DNA of 64,000 bases from positions 74,160 to 138,159 of the forward strand of contig SUUX01000003.1 of NCBI GenBank assembly GCA_015062305.1, written 5' to 3'. Below are positions 61,726 to 64,000 of the stretch, one piece after another; position 1 is the first letter of the stretch, and each line of letters opens with the position of its first letter. The notes under the pieces were generated by a model that was not told the DNA's origin, did not search any database, and saw nothing but the letters and a program-made list of their open reading frames with translations. Made by a program: the position numbers and the translations under genes. This DNA comes from Alphaproteobacteria bacterium. Lineage in GTDB: Bacteria; Pseudomonadota; Alphaproteobacteria; RF32; CAG-239.

Positions 61726-62166
61726 ATGATTGTAAAACCAGTTTCCGCAATAACCGGAGAAATTAAAGATAACAAATTTTTGTTTCCTGTTAGGGTATAT
61801 TATGAAGATACTGATGCAGGAGGTGTGGTATATTATGCAAATTATCTGAAATTTGCTGAGCGTGCTCGTACGGAATATATTCGAGCGCTAGGTGTGCGTC
61901 AGCAAGATGGGTTGGAAAGTGAGGATAAGTTTGCATTCATGGTGCGGCATTGCGTGGCTGACTATCAGGCTCCGGCAGTGTTGGATGATGAGCTGGTTGT
62001 ATCTTGTCAGGTGACGGAAATCGGTGGAGCAACCTGTACTATGCATCAAGAAATAACAAGGGGGGATCAGCTTTTGGTGTCAATTGATGTTAAAGCTGTT
62101 TATGTCTCGCTGAAGGCGAGGAGGCCTGTGCGCATTCCCAAAGACTTGGTCGCAAAGTTTGTATAA
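61726..62166 (+). CDS. ybgC: Tol-Pal-associated acyl-CoA thioesterase (4HBT family)
   Basis: YYEDTDAGGVVYYANYLKF hot-dog motif. Position immediately upstream of tolQ. Confidence 0.75.
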   Translation: MIVKPVSAITGEIKDNKFLFPVRVYYEDTDAGGVVYYANYLKFAERARTEYIRALGVRQQDGLESEDKFAFMVRHCVADYQAPAVLDDELVVSCQVTEIGGATCTMHQEITRGDQLLVSIDVKAVYVSLKARRPVRIPKDLVAKFV

Positions 62167-62430
62167 TACTTGGGATTGTGTGTTTTTTAGAGTGGCTATT
62201 TGCTGGTTTATAAAAAGAATCATAAAAAGGTTTTATTCCCAATGGGCGCAAAAACTGTTGGGTTGTTAATTATCAGAATAAAATTTTATCTTATATGAAT
62301 AAAAGAGGCTCTTTAGATAGAGCTTTCTTTTATTTTGGTATGTTGAAAAATATTGATATTAATTGAATCTTTAACTTTATATGTTAATGTGCCGTTAAAA
62401 TGTGTTTTTTTGTAATTTATAGGTGAAAAT

Positions 62431-63168
62431 ATGGATACGCAGGTTGTAAGTGAAGTTGCAAATCAGATGTCGATGTGGGATTTGGTCTGGTCTTCTGATA
62501 TGATGACCAAAGTTGTAATGATAGGTTTGATTGCTGCCTCTGTTTGGTCTTGGGCTATTATTTTTGAGAAAATTGGAACGCTTCGTCAATTAAAAGCTCG
62601 TTCTTTGAAGTTTGAAGAAAAGTTTTGGTCTGGCGGGTCTCTAGACAGATTGTATGAATCTATTGCTAATCATCCAAATGACCCTATGGCTGCAATGTTT
62701 GTGGCTGCAATGCGTGAGTGGAAGCGTACAAATATATTGAAGTCTAAAACAGACCGAGGTTTGCGAGGTGTGTCTTTGCAACAGCGTATTGAAAAAGCGA
62801 TGACTGTTTCTATGGATAAAGATTTGGATGCCATGGATATGCGTATGGGTTTTTTGGCTTCTACCGGTTCGGTGGCTCCTTTGGTTGGGTTGTTTGGAAC
62901 AGTGTGGGGAATCATTAATAGTTTTAATGCAATTGCATCAACTCAAAGCAATTCTTTAGCAGCAATGGCTCCAGGTATTGCTGAGGCTTTGTTTACAACA
63001 GCATTTGGTTTGATTGCTGCAATTCCTGCTGTGGTTGCGTATAATAAGATATCTTCTGATATTGATAGGTATGCAAAAAAGCTTGAGAATTTTATGGCTG
63101 AATTTTCTAGTATATTGTCTAGAGAAATTGATGATACTGCAATTAGGGCAGATATGGCCGGAGAATAA
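62431..63168 (+). CDS. tolQ: Tol-Pal system protein TolQ
   Basis: MotA/TolQ/ExbB three-TM topology with GLFGTVWGIINSF. 245 aa. Confidence 0.85.
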   Translation: MDTQVVSEVANQMSMWDLVWSSDMMTKVVMIGLIAASVWSWAIIFEKIGTLRQLKARSLKFEEKFWSGGSLDRLYESIANHPNDPMAAMFVAAMREWKRTNILKSKTDRGLRGVSLQQRIEKAMTVSMDKDLDAMDMRMGFLASTGSVAPLVGLFGTVWGIINSFNAIASTQSNSLAAMAPGIAEALFTTAFGLIAAIPAVVAYNKISSDIDRYAKKLENFMAEFSSILSREIDDTAIRADMAGE

Positions 63169-63170
63169 CA

Positions 63171-63611
63171 ATGTTTGCTATGAATGGAAATCGGAGACAG
63201 TCTTCCAGATATCGTCGAAATTCTGATGTTAATATTACGAATCTGATGGATGTGATGATGGTGCTGTTGGTGGTATTTATGGTGGCAGCGCCATTGATGA
63301 CCTCGGGGATTGCTTTAGATTTGCCCAAAGTAGGCGGAAAAGCAATGGAGGGAGAAGAGACATCTATTAATATAAGCGTGGATAAAGAGGGTTACTATTA
63401 TATTGGAGAAACAGAAATTCCTGCAGATAAGATTGTTGAAAAATTGAATGCTATGAAAGAAGCAAATTCAGAATTGACGGTTACAATTTCTGGTGATACC
63501 GGAGCAGAATATGGTCGAGTTATTGGCTTGATGGCTATTTTGAAAGAAGCCGGTTTTGAAAAAGTTGGTTTGAAAACAGAACCCAAGCCTTTGAAACAAA
63601 GAAAGAAGTAA
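63171..63611 (+). CDS. tolR: Tol-Pal system protein TolR
   Basis: ExbD/TolR N-terminus INITNLMDVMMVLLVVFMV. 146 aa. Confidence 0.8.
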   Translation: MFAMNGNRRQSSRYRRNSDVNITNLMDVMMVLLVVFMVAAPLMTSGIALDLPKVGGKAMEGEETSINISVDKEGYYYIGETEIPADKIVEKLNAMKEANSELTVTISGDTGAEYGRVIGLMAILKEAGFEKVGLKTEPKPLKQRKK

Positions 63612-63618
63612 TGTTTTT

Positions 63619-64000
63619 ATGCTTAATACTCCTATGAAAAAATCGTTGGCTCTTCATGCAGTGGTATTTATCCTCTGCGTGGTGGATTTGCCTTTGTTTT
63701 TTTGGAATAGGACGACAGTCGGGCAAGTGCCGATTATTGTGGATTTAAAAGATGTTAAAATATCTGAAATGACAAATTTGCCTCCTAAAGCAAAAATGGG
63801 AGAGGAAAATAAAGCAGCAAGTCAGATTAAGCGTAAAATTGAGAAAAAGTATAATCAAGAAAAGAAAGAAGAACAGGAAACAGAACCTGAAAAAACAGAA
63901 CCCAAAGAGACAAAAGAGGAGCCTGTTGCTAAGCCAGAACCTTCTAAAAGAGACCATTTGGTAGCACCTCAGCCCAAGAAACCAACTCCGAAGGTGCAAA
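63619..64000 (+). CDS. tolA: TolA (partial; runs off the window end)
   Basis: TM anchor LALHAVVFILCVV followed by a K/E/P-rich extended region typical of TolA domain II. Position after tolR. Confidence 0.55.
   Translation, partial: MLNTPMKKSLALHAVVFILCVVDLPLFFWNRTTVGQVPIIVDLKDVKISEMTNLPPKAKMGEENKAASQIKRKIEKKYNQEKKEEQETEPEKTEPKETKEEPVAKPEPSKRDHLVAPQPKKPTPKVQ

Overview
The window is low-GC (roughly 36-38%) and reads as chromosome from a Rhizobiales-type alphaproteobacterium. Brucella/Bartonella-like markers include the pyrH-frr-uppS-cdsA-rseP-bamA-lpxD-fabZ-lpxA-lpxI-lpxB envelope cluster, an Omp25/Omp31/Hbp-type porin gene, hemK-DUF4167-clpB, ruvCAB-ybgC-tolQRA and pal-ybgF-tilS. Most of the 64 kb is conserved housekeeping DNA: asnS, rpoH, prmC, clpB, the lipid-A/BAM cluster, ppdK, smpB, tadA, rsmD, plsC, ftsEX, ispA-xseB, rnd, aspS, pepP, prmA, yebC, ruvCAB, tol-pal genes and one tRNA-Thr(UGU). 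Several accessory patches interrupt this backbone. (1) At 22.9-26.3 kb a minus-strand pair encodes a porin-like OMP and an 808-aa lipoprotein rich in N-x-S/T sequons, which carries a near-perfect 468-bp tandem duplication plus older diverged internal modules. (2) At 29.8-32.0 kb, wedged between ppdK and pal, is a three-gene operon of unknown function; its first product has a dUTPase/dCTP-deaminase-like motif. (3) A dispersed palindromic repeat family occurs immediately 3' of ppdK and as a 3x tandem array 3' of aspS. (4) At 48-50.8 kb there is a patch of small membrane-anchored ORFs, including a 56-aa 8-Cys lipopeptide and two ORFs with identical 'MLTLKII' 5' ends, beside a tRNA-Thr with a duplicated 3'-end-plus-terminator segment. 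(5) A paralogous pair of membrane-anchored proteins sits between yebC and ruvC. (6) An extra gene is inserted between fabZ and lpxA. No CRISPR array, rRNA, transposase or integrase gene was recognised.
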